DNA of 53,566 nucleotides from Oligoflexales bacterium (GTDB lineage Bacteria; Bdellovibrionota_B; Oligoflexia; Oligoflexales; Bog-1112): NCBI GenBank assembly GCA_045106415.1, contig JBGCEP010000051.1, positions 1 to 53,566 of the forward strand, read 5' to 3'. Shown piece by piece: positions 19,320 to 29,520 of this stretch (position 1 is its first letter; each line of letters starts with the position of its first letter). The notes under the pieces were generated by a model. It saw only the letters and a program-made list of their open reading frames with translations, ran no database searches and was not told where the DNA came from. The position numbers and the translations under genes were made by a program.

Positions 19320-21368
19320 ATGTTTTATAGGGAAGTATGGGTATGCGCGTTATTTATGGTGTCGTCACCAGGGTTTGCTCTTTTAAGCAGTTTACTTCCA
19401 GACGTTGAGATTGAAACACAGGTAGTCAAAGACCTTGAAATTGATCGAATGAGTCGTAACTGGGGGATGGACTCTTTGCCGTGTCCTTTAAGGGTGGGAG
19501 ATCAGCAAGATTTGGTACAGCAGCTTTATAAAGTTCGCGATGGCCTGAAGGATGAAAAGTGCCGTAGTAGGCATGATGAAGTTTTTAAAGATCTACAAAA
19601 AGCAACAAGCGCTTTTGAAATTGTAGAGGCAAAGAAAAAAGGGATTGATCTCAGTGAGTTAGATGAAGATCAATTGGCTATTAGACCTTGGGGGTCTTTT
19701 CAGGATGCGGGAAATCTTGATGCGAGAGCTGTTGGATCACAAGGTGGTTATATAGGAGGTTTTGCAAAATCTCGTATGATTTCTCAAAGTGCAGGTGCGA
19801 TTGCAGAGTCTTTGAATATGCTTGTGACCGATGAAGATTGTCAGCAAGATATGAAACAAGCAGGGCTTTTGCATACCACTGCAAATTTAGCGACATCAGT
19901 AGGACAAATTGCGCTAGCTGTACCTTCACCGAGTGGTCTTGTTGCGGGAGCAGCGGCTATTGGGGTAGGAGCGGGTCTTAATGTGCTTGATGTTCTTTTT
20001 CGTTCTCCTTTCGATTGGTCAAACGACAAAGACAGAAATCAGTTTATTGCATTAAATTGTAACTTTTACGATGTTCGTCATAACCTTGAGAAAAATGGGT
20101 TCTTTATTCCGAATGATGAAGGGATGAAAGAAGACGTACAAAAACTCAAAATAGATCTTAAAAATCTTGATCAACAAATGAAAAAAATCGAGAATAATCG
20201 AGAAGACTTTCATAAACAGCTTTTAAAAGCGAGAGAAGATTTTATGAAAGAATCAATGGGGCAGGCCGTTTATGATGCTCATAAGGTGCTGAAGATTTTG
20301 ACCCGTTTTCTTTATGACCTTCAAGCACATGAACTTCAAAAAAGATTGGAATTTGTGCGTATGGTACGTCAAAATCGCACAGTCCTTAATAATTTGATGG
20401 AATGCTCGGAAGAGCGACCCTATATTCCCTCTCTTCTCGATGTGTTTGATCAGCTTGAAGAGACAAAACTTGTTCATATGGATGAGAAGTCATTTGTCGC
20501 TTATATGGATCCAATACGAGCGATGTTAAATGATATTTATACTCACCTACAAGATCATAAAAAAGTGTCCACTCGAGACTGGAGTGAGCGGGATGATGGA
20601 GACAGCGCTGTACCTCGCCAGAAAGTTGTTGATAAAATCGTAAAGGCATACAACCAAATTGAAGATCAGCTCTCTACTGCAAGGATTGAGCTTGTGAGCC
20701 GAATTCAGATTCTACAATTGCATCAAAAAAACAACATATTTAGTAGAGATGATGCTGGGGCACAACAGGCTTTTGACGTTTTGAAGCAATATGGAGAAAT
20801 CCGAGATATGTTATTTGGGGAAATTGGCTGGTCTTTTTTTAAATATACTTTTGATCAACTTAGAGCCTCTCGTTCTGAGTTTGAACATGGCTTAAAAGTA
20901 TGGAAACGAAAATTTTACACGACTCTTAAGGGGCAGCCTAATTATGCTCTGAGTCACTTAAAACCTGAGAAAAAAGCGGTTGCTTGTCGTGATGTTTTTC
21001 TATTAAGAGAACATTGGGTGAGAGGTAATGCTTCTGCTCGATTAACATGGGATTTTATGCAAACAAACCAAGGGCTTTGGCATTCTCAAAGTTCTCGTTT
21101 TTTAAAGGTTTTTCATCTCCCACTATGGCCATTTTCGCATACATGGAACCTTTATAACCAAATGATTGCTGGTGAACATGCGCAAAGAGCTTTGCATGGT
21201 GAAACGAGTAAAATTAGGTCGAGAGCAAGAAGAAAAGCTCACTATGCCTTAGCACCTATACACAGAAATGTAGGGTATGAATCATTGGTTTTTCATGATC
21301 ACCACAAAGATCGTGTTCTCTTAGAGAGAGTTTTTGAAGATTCAAATTGTGCTCGTTACACTGAGTAG
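19320..21368 (+). CDS. Large secreted helical hypothetical protein
   Basis: Signal peptide ending GFA, several spaced Cys, a central Gly/Ala hydrophobic stretch, then a coiled coil. GAGGGG RBS. Confidence 0.8.
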   Translation: MFYREVWVCALFMVSSPGFALLSSLLPDVEIETQVVKDLEIDRMSRNWGMDSLPCPLRVGDQQDLVQQLYKVRDGLKDEKCRSRHDEVFKDLQKATSAFEIVEAKKKGIDLSELDEDQLAIRPWGSFQDAGNLDARAVGSQGGYIGGFAKSRMISQSAGAIAESLNMLVTDEDCQQDMKQAGLLHTTANLATSVGQIALAVPSPSGLVAGAAAIGVGAGLNVLDVLFRSPFDWSNDKDRNQFIALNCNFYDVRHNLEKNGFFIPNDEGMKEDVQKLKIDLKNLDQQMKKIENNREDFHKQLLKAREDFMKESMGQAVYDAHKVLKILTRFLYDLQAHELQKRLEFVRMVRQNRTVLNNLMECSEERPYIPSLLDVFDQLEETKLVHMDEKSFVAYMDPIRAMLNDIYTHLQDHKKVSTRDWSERDDGDSAVPRQKVVDKIVKAYNQIEDQLSTARIELVSRIQILQLHQKNNIFSRDDAGAQQAFDVLKQYGEIRDMLFGEIGWSFFKYTFDQLRASRSEFEHGLKVWKRKFYTTLKGQPNYALSHLKPEKKAVACRDVFLLREHWVRGNASARLTWDFMQTNQGLWHSQSSRFLKVFHLPLWPFSHTWNLYNQMIAGEHAQRALHGETSKIRSRARRKAHYALAPIHRNVGYESLVFHDHHKDRVLLERVFEDSNCARYTE

Positions 21369-21393
21369 TGTGTCCCTTGTCGGATGACACTAG

Positions 21394-21433
21394 ACAAGTA
21401 ATCCACAGGATCGGTGGATTACTTGTTTTTTTT
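21394..21433 (+). terminator. Rho-independent terminator
   Basis: ACAAGTAATCCAC-7nt-GTGGATTACTTGT followed by a T-run. Confidence 0.88.
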
Positions 21434-21522
21434 ACGTTGATAGCTCTTCCACAGTAAGCTTCCTGCGGACTGCTCGAAAATAAGGCAAATTTTAAAAACA
21501 CGGAAAAATAAAACCATAACCA

Positions 21523-23475
21523 TCAGGTTCCCTTGAGGGCATTTATGATATCTTTGAGCTGTGTTGGAATGTGTGGTTCTGTCTCGAGATACATATTGTT
21601 CTCGGGGTAGTGCCTACTAATTGTATGGATTTGATCACTAAAGAGAAAAGTACTCATATGGTAAATGAGAAAAAGATTACGTTCGTATTGATTGATGATG
21701 TCTTCTTTTTGTTCATCGGATTGATGAGTGCTTTGATTTATGGCTTGTTTGATATGATTCGGAACTTTTGCCTTCATTTGAAAAATATGGTGTGTTGTTT
21801 TTTGATATGTGTTGTCTGTAATATGAGGCAATTCCCATGATGATGAGTCCATTTCTTGGCTATTGATGCAAGCTATGATTTCATCGGGATCAATGGTGTG
21901 AAGCATTCTCTCAAGCGCATGTGCTGTTTGAAAGAGCTCTGGTGAATGGCCCAGAAATGTGATGACCATATAGTATGGATTTAAGCCTTCTTGGGTTGAA
22001 TATTGCGAGTATGCATCGTATTTTTTGAGAATATCTTTTATTGCTGATAGTGGGTATTGAGCTGCAAGCTCGACGATTGATTGATCTATAGTGGCTAAAA
22101 ATTCATCACTGGTTTGATCTTCAAAAAGATGAGAAAGAAAAAACATAAGTTCTTTTAGGTGTTGAAGGCTTTGTCTAATGCTTTCTGCTGGTTGGTGTAT
22201 TGTGATGGAATGAATAATTCGTAAATAATTATTCAGGGTGTGGGCTTCATGTATGAGCTCTTCGGTATTTTCAACTCGGTCCATGTCGAATTGATAGATC
22301 ATATTAATAATATCATTTTTTACGGTAGACAGTTCTGCGTGGGGTAAAGATTTCAATTTATAATCGAGGTTCTGAAGTATGGAAAGAAGATTTTGATTGA
22401 GAGCTTTTAAGCCAGGGTACTCTTCATTGGCTGGTGGTAAGTCTTCCCAAGAAAAGCTCTCACGGCGAATACCACGCTCGTGATCTGAAAGTTGATTAAA
22501 TGTAAGCTGGAATCGATCAGAGTGAGTGCTTTCTAGAGCATAAGAGATGTTAAATATGACCTCAGAGGCATGAAATGCAATTTCTTGGATATATGGACTT
22601 TGAGGTGCTCGGGCTAAAATTTCTGCGGTGTTTGCATAACTTTGAGAGACAGAAGATTGTCCCCAATAGAAAAATTTTTTGATTTGAGAATCAAGACAGG
22701 TTGGTTGAATTTTTCTTCTGTTATTTTGATTTTTCTCTGAAATATTAGTGTTCATTATAAGAGTGTGCAAAGCTTGTATGTAGACAGTTGATGCACTGTT
22801 TTCAGATGAAAAATCAGAGTGCTGTAACCTATTGTCGTTGTAATGCAAAATTTGATGAAGGTAAGGAAAATATATTTTTGCAATAGCGTGAGTATAAAAG
22901 TTGAATTTAGAATTTTTTTTCTTCAAGTGGGCAAAAGCATTTTCTTCTAACATCGATGAAAGAATGAACTCAAACCAAGTTTTATTTTGTGTATCGTTAT
23001 GTTTGATGAGACTGATTAAAAAAGATTCCCAATTTTCATTGCTTTCGAATGAATCATAGGAATTTATTATAGGTTTTAAGTCTGAAGGAATACTGTGCAA
23101 AAACTCTTGAATAGTTGCTGGGTTTTTTAAACAATTTTGAATATTTTTTTTTTCTTGAAGAGATAGAGGTGCTTGTCTTCTTCTTAGTGCTAAATGAGTT
23201 AAAAATGATGTGAATGTGGCGGTATTTATTTTTAGTAGTGACCACTGACCGGATTTCTCTGAAAAAAATGTTTTGCAAGAAAGATCGAAATCGGAAAGGT
23301 CTTTTTTTAAAAATTTTTTTATAATGCTTAACTCAGGAATCTGTAGAAAGCTTTTCTTGTCAGATAAGATCTGACCGTGATTTGCTTTGTGTTTTTTTTT
23401 GTTTGGCTGAGAGTAAATATTTGATGTGCAAAAGATTGTAAGTAAAATATATTGAAAAAAAATTGTCTTCCTCAT
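21523..23475 (-). CDS. Secreted hypothetical protein, paralog A of a tandem pair
   Basis: Signal peptide ending IYS-QP; co-linear motifs shared with 23566..25551. Confidence 0.8.
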   Translation of the reverse strand: MRKTIFFQYILLTIFCTSNIYSQPNKKKHKANHGQILSDKKSFLQIPELSIIKKFLKKDLSDFDLSCKTFFSEKSGQWSLLKINTATFTSFLTHLALRRRQAPLSLQEKKNIQNCLKNPATIQEFLHSIPSDLKPIINSYDSFESNENWESFLISLIKHNDTQNKTWFEFILSSMLEENAFAHLKKKNSKFNFYTHAIAKIYFPYLHQILHYNDNRLQHSDFSSENSASTVYIQALHTLIMNTNISEKNQNNRRKIQPTCLDSQIKKFFYWGQSSVSQSYANTAEILARAPQSPYIQEIAFHASEVIFNISYALESTHSDRFQLTFNQLSDHERGIRRESFSWEDLPPANEEYPGLKALNQNLLSILQNLDYKLKSLPHAELSTVKNDIINMIYQFDMDRVENTEELIHEAHTLNNYLRIIHSITIHQPAESIRQSLQHLKELMFFLSHLFEDQTSDEFLATIDQSIVELAAQYPLSAIKDILKKYDAYSQYSTQEGLNPYYMVITFLGHSPELFQTAHALERMLHTIDPDEIIACINSQEMDSSSWELPHITDNTYQKTTHHIFQMKAKVPNHIKQAINQSTHQSDEQKEDIINQYERNLFLIYHMSTFLFSDQIHTISRHYPENNMYLETEPHIPTQLKDIINALKGT

Positions 23476-23565
23476 AATGTTGATACCTCTTTACTATTTT
23501 ATTTTGTTATCTGTGTATTCAATGACAGTGCTTTGTATGGGCCGAAAAAGTGGTGGTAGATGATT

Positions 23566-25551
23566 TTACAATTTTTCGACCATGTCGATGAAGTCTTCTA
23601 ATTGTGCCGGTATATGGGGGTTGTCAGGGTTATATCCTCGGAAACGACTCAATGATTTTAGAATAATGTTGATTTGCCCTGAGGCTAAGAAAGATAAGGT
23701 GTGTTGAATCAAAAGAGAAGACCTCACAAAACTTTCTTTAAATTTATCGCGATATTCAGTAGGCTCTTGTGAAACGTGCGAGAATTCTTTTTGAAAAAGA
23801 GAGTGGCACGGAAAAGATCCGCCTGAGAGCTGAGATACCATCTGAAGGTACTGGCTAGAAAACGAATTTTTTAATACATTTAAAGGAACTCTGATGCGGA
23901 CATCGTGCTGTTCTATGGCTTCGTTTAATTGAATTTCGCTAAAAGTAGAGCGGAGTTCTTTTAGAAAAAAAGGTGTTTTTAATAAATCGTTTTCTTGTAA
24001 CAAAAAATGAGCTATCTGATAATGTGGCGGTACCTCGAAAGCCATTGATGTGTTGAGTTGAGAGAGTATTCTTGATGTCTTGATTGTGGTTTGTTCTTGT
24101 GTGTTTTCGTGACGAAGGCTTTTGTTGATAGAGTGAGATATCTTTTGATAAAGATTATGGTTGATTTCAGGGTAGTCTGAAAGAATGCAAATAATTTCTT
24201 TGAGGTATTGAAGGCTGTTTTTCACATCATTTTTGCTTTGGTGATGAACAATAGTGTTAATGTTCCGCATGATTTTGACTAAAGCGATATATGAAGAATG
24301 CGTATGCAGTTGGTCATCAAGGTCAATTAGAGAATCAAATTGATAGATGATATTCACGATATCATTCAAAACGTCATCTTTTTCTTTTGAAGAAGAATCA
24401 TTAAAAATTCGGTGTATATTTTGTATGATCAATAACGAAATATTTGTGGTAGGATTTAATATAGAAGGAATGTCAGATGTTTCTGGAATGCTTTCCCATT
24501 GAAAGTCGTCAATTCGATCCCCAGTGTCATAATCGTTCATAGCGTTCATGATAATATTTTCGCGATCTAGATTATGAGACATTAAATCATGCTGATGTTG
24601 AAAAATAAGATCTGAAAGAAGGTATCCCATCTGTAATAGATAATTTTCATTGGGTATTTTAGCTATGATTTGGTGAATCTCAGTGTGAAACTGGGTTTCA
24701 TATGATTGGCCCCAGTAGTACATTTGATGGATCTTTTTTTCGACTTTAAGTGGATCAATTCTCGTTTTTAGAGTGTATTGTGATGAATTTTTAGTATGTA
24801 TGATTATTGTCATAAGAGAGTTCAGTAGAATGTGGAGTTTGTCGTCTTTTTTCTGCTTCGTGCTCTGTGAGTTTATATGGCTTGATTGAAGTTTTTCTAT
24901 TTCACTTGATAAATGAATGAGAAAAATATTTGTTAAGAAATTAGTGTAAAATTTATTATCGAGACTGTGATTTTGATGTTCTGATTTCAAAGATTCTATA
25001 AGTAAAGCAAGAGAGATTTGCTGAAAAATAAAAATGTTCTTTATGGATTTTTGTTCGAGAAGAGTGCAGATAATCTTTTCCCATGTTGTATGATGGTCAA
25101 AGTATTTTTGCAAAATTGGTGATGCTGGGTCCATTTTTAGCTGGATTAAACTTAGAAATTCTTGTGCTGTTATAGGTGAATCTAAAGTTTTAAGGATCAG
25201 AGTTCTGTTTTCTTGTGAGTAAGGTTTTTCACCTAAAGCACCTCGTAGATCTTCAAATTTTTTAAGAAATCGTTCCCCGGAAAATTTTAAAAATGTACGA
25301 GATGTGGTTGAATCTTGAGAAAAAAGTTTAGAGGTGACCTCAAAATCGCCTATATTATCGTCTAAAAATTTTTTAATAAGACTTAATTCAGGAACTTGAG
25401 ATAAATAGTCATTTTTTTGGGTAAGAAGAGAGATCCGTTGTTTTTTTTGTAGTGGTTGAGCGTATGAATTTTGTATGCCGATAGTAATGATCATTAACGT
25501 GTGTAACGAAATTTTTAGAATTTTTTTATTCATCTCATTCTCCTGATGCAA
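23566..25551 (-). CDS. Secreted hypothetical protein, paralog B of a tandem pair
   Basis: Signal peptide ending SYA-QP (probable start ATG at 25533); co-linear motifs shared with 21523..23475. Confidence 0.8.
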   Translation of the reverse strand: MHQENEMNKKILKISLHTLMIITIGIQNSYAQPLQKKQRISLLTQKNDYLSQVPELSLIKKFLDDNIGDFEVTSKLFSQDSTTSRTFLKFSGERFLKKFEDLRGALGEKPYSQENRTLILKTLDSPITAQEFLSLIQLKMDPASPILQKYFDHHTTWEKIICTLLEQKSIKNIFIFQQISLALLIESLKSEHQNHSLDNKFYTNFLTNIFLIHLSSEIEKLQSSHINSQSTKQKKDDKLHILLNSLMTIIIHTKNSSQYTLKTRIDPLKVEKKIHQMYYWGQSYETQFHTEIHQIIAKIPNENYLLQMGYLLSDLIFQHQHDLMSHNLDRENIIMNAMNDYDTGDRIDDFQWESIPETSDIPSILNPTTNISLLIIQNIHRIFNDSSSKEKDDVLNDIVNIIYQFDSLIDLDDQLHTHSSYIALVKIMRNINTIVHHQSKNDVKNSLQYLKEIICILSDYPEINHNLYQKISHSINKSLRHENTQEQTTIKTSRILSQLNTSMAFEVPPHYQIAHFLLQENDLLKTPFFLKELRSTFSEIQLNEAIEQHDVRIRVPLNVLKNSFSSQYLQMVSQLSGGSFPCHSLFQKEFSHVSQEPTEYRDKFKESFVRSSLLIQHTLSFLASGQINIILKSLSRFRGYNPDNPHIPAQLEDFIDMVEKL

Positions 25552-25662
25552 GATTTTCTTTATAGTTCATTAAAAACCTAGCTACAAGGCTTTTGTTTAA
25601 ATGGAGATCGTGGTCAAAATATGATACCTGTACATATGACCACCTAGAGAAAGGATTATGAA

Positions 25663-26847
25663 ATGGGACAACTTGAAGATGTTTTGTCAGAATCTTTACA
25701 GGATATTCAGAGGCAAGGTCTTTGGAAAAAAGAACATTTTATAGAAGGGCAGCAATCTGATCATGTGATGGTTGAATCACGTGACTTCATGAACCTTTGT
25801 GCGAACAATTATCTAGGTTTTGCGGCTCATCCAGAAGTCATGAAAGCAGCTAAAGATGCTCTTGAGCGCTTTGGTTTCGGGGTTGCTTCTGTTCGTTTTG
25901 TCTGTGGGACTCAAACTATTCATAAAGCGTTAGAAAAAAAGTTAGCAGATTTTTTTGAAATGGACGATGCGATTCTCTATTCATCTTGTTTTGATGCAAA
26001 TACAGGTTTGTTTGAGACCTTATTTCAGAGTCAAGACGCTATCGTGAGTGATAGTTTGAATCATGCGAGCCTTATTGATGGTATCCGTTTATGTAAAGCG
26101 CACCGTTTGAGATATAAGCATGCTGATCTTCAAGATCTTGAAGATAAGTTAAAATCTTCGATGGATAAAAGATTGCGGGTGATTGTAACAGATGGTGTGT
26201 TTTCAATGGATGGTGAAATTGCACCTTTAGCAGAAATTTGTCAGTTAGCAGAAAAATATAATGCCAATGTTGTCGTTGATGATTCTCATGCAGCAGGTTT
26301 TATGGGAGAAAAAGGCCGTGGGTCCATTGAGGCTTGTGGTGTTATGGGAAAAATAGATATTTTAACAGGGACCCTTGGAAAAGCTCTTGGAGGAGCAAGT
26401 GGTGGCTATGTCTGTGGAAGTCGAGAGGTGATCGATACACTTAGACAAAAGTCGAGACCTTATTTGTTTTCGAATAGTGTGCCCCCTTATGTGGTGGGTG
26501 CAAGTTTGAAAGCTTTAGATCTTGTGCAAAATAATAAAATTCTCCGAACGGACTTACACCGGAAAACAATGCTGTTTAGAAGTCTTTTAGAGGGGGCTGG
26601 GTTCCAATTAGGAGGAGAAGTGCACCCAATCGTCCCAGTTATGATTGGCTCAGCTCATCAAGCGCAACAGATGGCAGAAGAACTTTACGAGCGAGGCTAT
26701 TATGTTGTCGCCTTTTCTTATCCTGTTGTGCCAAAAGATCAAGCAAGAATTCGAACACAAATCTCAGCTGTTCATAGTGATGATGATTTAAAAAAAGCCG
26801 CAAATGACTTTATAGAAATTGGGCGTAAATTAGAGGTTCTTATATGA
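25663..26847 (+). CDS. kbl: 2-amino-3-ketobutyrate CoA ligase (glycine C-acetyltransferase)
   Basis: NLCANNYLG, ASVRFVCGTQ, YSSCFDAN, LNHASLIDG, TDGVFSMDG, TLGKALGG, RQKSRPYLFSN, ARIRTQISA. Confidence 0.96.
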   Translation: MGQLEDVLSESLQDIQRQGLWKKEHFIEGQQSDHVMVESRDFMNLCANNYLGFAAHPEVMKAAKDALERFGFGVASVRFVCGTQTIHKALEKKLADFFEMDDAILYSSCFDANTGLFETLFQSQDAIVSDSLNHASLIDGIRLCKAHRLRYKHADLQDLEDKLKSSMDKRLRVIVTDGVFSMDGEIAPLAEICQLAEKYNANVVVDDSHAAGFMGEKGRGSIEACGVMGKIDILTGTLGKALGGASGGYVCGSREVIDTLRQKSRPYLFSNSVPPYVVGASLKALDLVQNNKILRTDLHRKTMLFRSLLEGAGFQLGGEVHPIVPVMIGSAHQAQQMAEELYERGYYVVAFSYPVVPKDQARIRTQISAVHSDDDLKKAANDFIEIGRKLEVLI

Positions 26848-27875
26848 AAGCGCTTGTCAAAAAATTTGACCGTGTTGGGCTGACTCTGGAGGATGTTGAG
26901 AAACCCATTTGTGAAGAAGATGGAGTTCTTGTTCGTGTTCATAAAACAGCAATTTGTGGTACGGATCATCATATTTTTCAATGGGACGAATGGGCTCGAA
27001 AAAACATTGTTTTAGGGACTGTTGTTGGGCATGAATATGTCGGTGTGATCGAAGAGGTCGGATCACGTGTACAAAGGCTCAGGGCAGGTATGAGAGTGTC
27101 TGGGGAAGGGCATATTGTATGTGGGCATTGTCGTAATTGCCGTGCTGGACAGCGCCATTTTTGCAGAGAGACACAAGGAGTCGGTATACAAAGACATGGA
27201 GCTTTTGCTCCTTATTTGAGTATACCAGCAGAAAATGTTTGCGTTCTTCCAGATGATGTCTCAGATGAAGTGGCATCCCTTTTGGATCCTCTTGGGAATG
27301 CTGTTCATACAACTTTAGCTTTTGATCTTGTGGGTGAAGATGTTCTGATTACAGGTGCAGGGCCGATTGGTTTGATGTCGATTGCTGTAGCAAAGGCTGC
27401 AGGGGCTCGCCATGTCGTTGTGACCGATTGGAATGAATATAGACTAGGTCTTGCACAGTCTATGGGAAGTTCGGTGGCATGTAAGCCAGATGAAGACCTT
27501 TTTAAAGTGATGAAAGACTTAAAAATGACTGAAGGGTTTGATGTTGGTTTAGAGATGTCAGGGCACCCTCAAGGGTTAGCAACTCAATTGCAGATGCTCA
27601 ACCATGGAGGGAAGCTTGCTCTTCTGGGTTTACTGCCATCAGGAGCTGGTATTGAATGGGATCATGTGATTTTTAAAGGGCTGACCTTACAAGGAATCTA
27701 TGGACGAAAGATGTATGAGACGTGGTATAAAATGATATCACTGCTTCAAGGTGGTCTTTGTCTTGACCCAGTGATTACGCATAGGTTTTCTGCTCTGGAT
27801 TTTGAAAAAGGTTTTCAAGTGATGAATGAAGGGATATCAGGTAAGGTTGTTTTAGATTGGATGAATGTGAATTAA
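26844..27875 (+). CDS. tdh: L-threonine 3-dehydrogenase
   Basis: ICGTD, GHEYVG, SGEGHIVCGHCRNCRAG, DPLGNAVHT, GAGPIG, GIYGRKMYETW; 4-bp overlap with kbl. Confidence 0.96.
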   Translation: MKALVKKFDRVGLTLEDVEKPICEEDGVLVRVHKTAICGTDHHIFQWDEWARKNIVLGTVVGHEYVGVIEEVGSRVQRLRAGMRVSGEGHIVCGHCRNCRAGQRHFCRETQGVGIQRHGAFAPYLSIPAENVCVLPDDVSDEVASLLDPLGNAVHTTLAFDLVGEDVLITGAGPIGLMSIAVAKAAGARHVVVTDWNEYRLGLAQSMGSSVACKPDEDLFKVMKDLKMTEGFDVGLEMSGHPQGLATQLQMLNHGGKLALLGLLPSGAGIEWDHVIFKGLTLQGIYGRKMYETWYKMISLLQGGLCLDPVITHRFSALDFEKGFQVMNEGISGKVVLDWMNVN

Positions 27876-28003
27876 GATAGCCTTGCTCGCAAACTTTTTG
27901 TAGTTTGTTATGGTAAAATATATAACAGCAAAATTTTAAATGCTGTTGTTGAATAAAACACCTTGTGATTTTGTATCATAAGGTTTTTTTATGTGGAGTT
28001 TGT

Positions 28004-28465
28004 ATGAAAACTTTATTGATAAGTCTTTGTTTAATTTTTTTAACATCAGCACAAAAGCCAAGGAATAAAGAAGAAGCAGAGGTTTTTTATAGGCGTTCTG
28101 TTATGTCACAAATAGATGCTCATCTTATGATACTTATGACGATAACATCAGCAAAGTTAGAATCACGTAAATCAGATCTGAGTGTGCAAGCAAATGCGAT
28201 GATGTCGTTATTAAAAGAAAGTGAAGATTTATTTTCAGAGGAAAGAAAAAAAGGAAAAACAAGGGCGAAATCGAACGTCTGGCGTGAGAAAAATAAATTT
28301 ATTGAAATGATGAAAAAAAATCAATCACAAGTGAAAACTTTTGTAGAAGCGATCCCTTCCGAATCATGGAAATCTTTAGAAAAAAAAGTTGATGATATCC
28401 GCAAATCTTGTATAGGGTGTCATAAGAGTTATAAATTAAGTGGTCGCCCGCTGGAGGCTTTATAA
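28004..28465 (+). CDS. Class II cytochrome c (cytochrome c'/c556-like)
   Basis: Signal peptide from ATG 28004 (GGAG RBS); helical sequence with TRAKSNVW and a C-terminal CIGCHKSYK heme motif. Confidence 0.85.
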   Translation: MKTLLISLCLIFLTSAQKPRNKEEAEVFYRRSVMSQIDAHLMILMTITSAKLESRKSDLSVQANAMMSLLKESEDLFSEERKKGKTRAKSNVWREKNKFIEMMKKNQSQVKTFVEAIPSESWKSLEKKVDDIRKSCIGCHKSYKLSGRPLEAL

Positions 28466-29455
28466 GTGGAAATTAGCAAAAATTTTTTTGTTTTATGTTG
28501 CATTGTTTTTTTGACTTATTCTTTTACAAAGAGCGCCCCTGACGAAGTTGCAGCCATTAAAAGCTTTGATGGTTCGATTGGTATGAAGGTTTTTCATCGT
28601 CAAAATATCAATGACTTTGTGATTACGATGGGTGAAGATGCAGGAATTGATGGGACTCTGACATATGAGCCTCTTGTGGTTCCTCAAAAGGGCTGGGCTA
28701 TATCATGGCGTCACGGTTCTATTCAGCTCTCCTCACAGACTTTGCGAGGGAGCCGCTCTAAGCATTATCAATTCCATTATTACAGAAAAAATTTTGGGGC
28801 GGAGCTTAAACATCGCTCTTATCGTAGTTTTCAATTAAAAAGTGCTCTTCAATCATCAAATCCTTTTTGGAGCAATCGTGATGACCTTAATGTTGAAAGC
28901 ACACATCTTGCATTTTACTACTTACCGGCGGATGATGTTGTTTCTTTTAAAGCAGGTTTTGATCAAACAGAAAGGCAGCTTCAATCTGGGTGGAGCCCAT
29001 TGGTTCAACTCACAGGAGAGAAACTGGTTGTTCGGGCAGGAGAATCACTGATTCCTCCGGCGTCAAGGTCACGGTTTTTTATGGATCGTGGTTTTCAAGG
29101 TGGTGACTTTAGGACTTTTAGTCTTCTTCTCGGGGTTGCTTTTACTTATGTGCCTTGGGATGCTTTTTATTTTACAGCAGCAGGTGGTCTTGGTTTGGGT
29201 TACCAATGGAGGGATTATCACTGGGGTGATGTGGGTGTGGAAAAGTGGGGGCTTTCAACAAAACACAATTTTCGTGTAGGCTTTGGGTATAATGATGATC
29301 GTTATTATGCCGGTGCTTTATGGTTTACCGACGGAGATACATATAAGTTAGAAAACTCTTGGATTGAAAACGAAGGGGGTTTTATAACTTTTTATGTTGG
29401 GTTTCGTTTTTTTCCTGAAGAAGTAAAAATCTCAGATATTTTGCATCTTAGCTAA
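28466..29455 (+). CDS. Putative outer-membrane beta-barrel protein (DUF4421-like)
   Basis: Signal peptide, aromatic/Gly beta-strand pattern, QTERQLQSGWS motif, GFGYNDDRYYAG, YVGFRF near the C-terminus. Confidence 0.6.
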   Translation: MEISKNFFVLCCIVFLTYSFTKSAPDEVAAIKSFDGSIGMKVFHRQNINDFVITMGEDAGIDGTLTYEPLVVPQKGWAISWRHGSIQLSSQTLRGSRSKHYQFHYYRKNFGAELKHRSYRSFQLKSALQSSNPFWSNRDDLNVESTHLAFYYLPADDVVSFKAGFDQTERQLQSGWSPLVQLTGEKLVVRAGESLIPPASRSRFFMDRGFQGGDFRTFSLLLGVAFTYVPWDAFYFTAAGGLGLGYQWRDYHWGDVGVEKWGLSTKHNFRVGFGYNDDRYYAGALWFTDGDTYKLENSWIENEGGFITFYVGFRFFPEEVKISDILHLS

Positions 29456-29466
29456 ATAAAGATATA

Positions 29467-29505
29467 AAAAAACCTTCAAATGCATTGCGCAAAAGAAGGT
29501 TTTTT
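29467..29505. terminator. Probable bidirectional terminator
   Basis: AAAAAACCTTC ... GAAGGTTTTTT between convergent genes. Confidence 0.6.
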
Positions 29506-29520
29506 ATAATGAGGCAGGTC

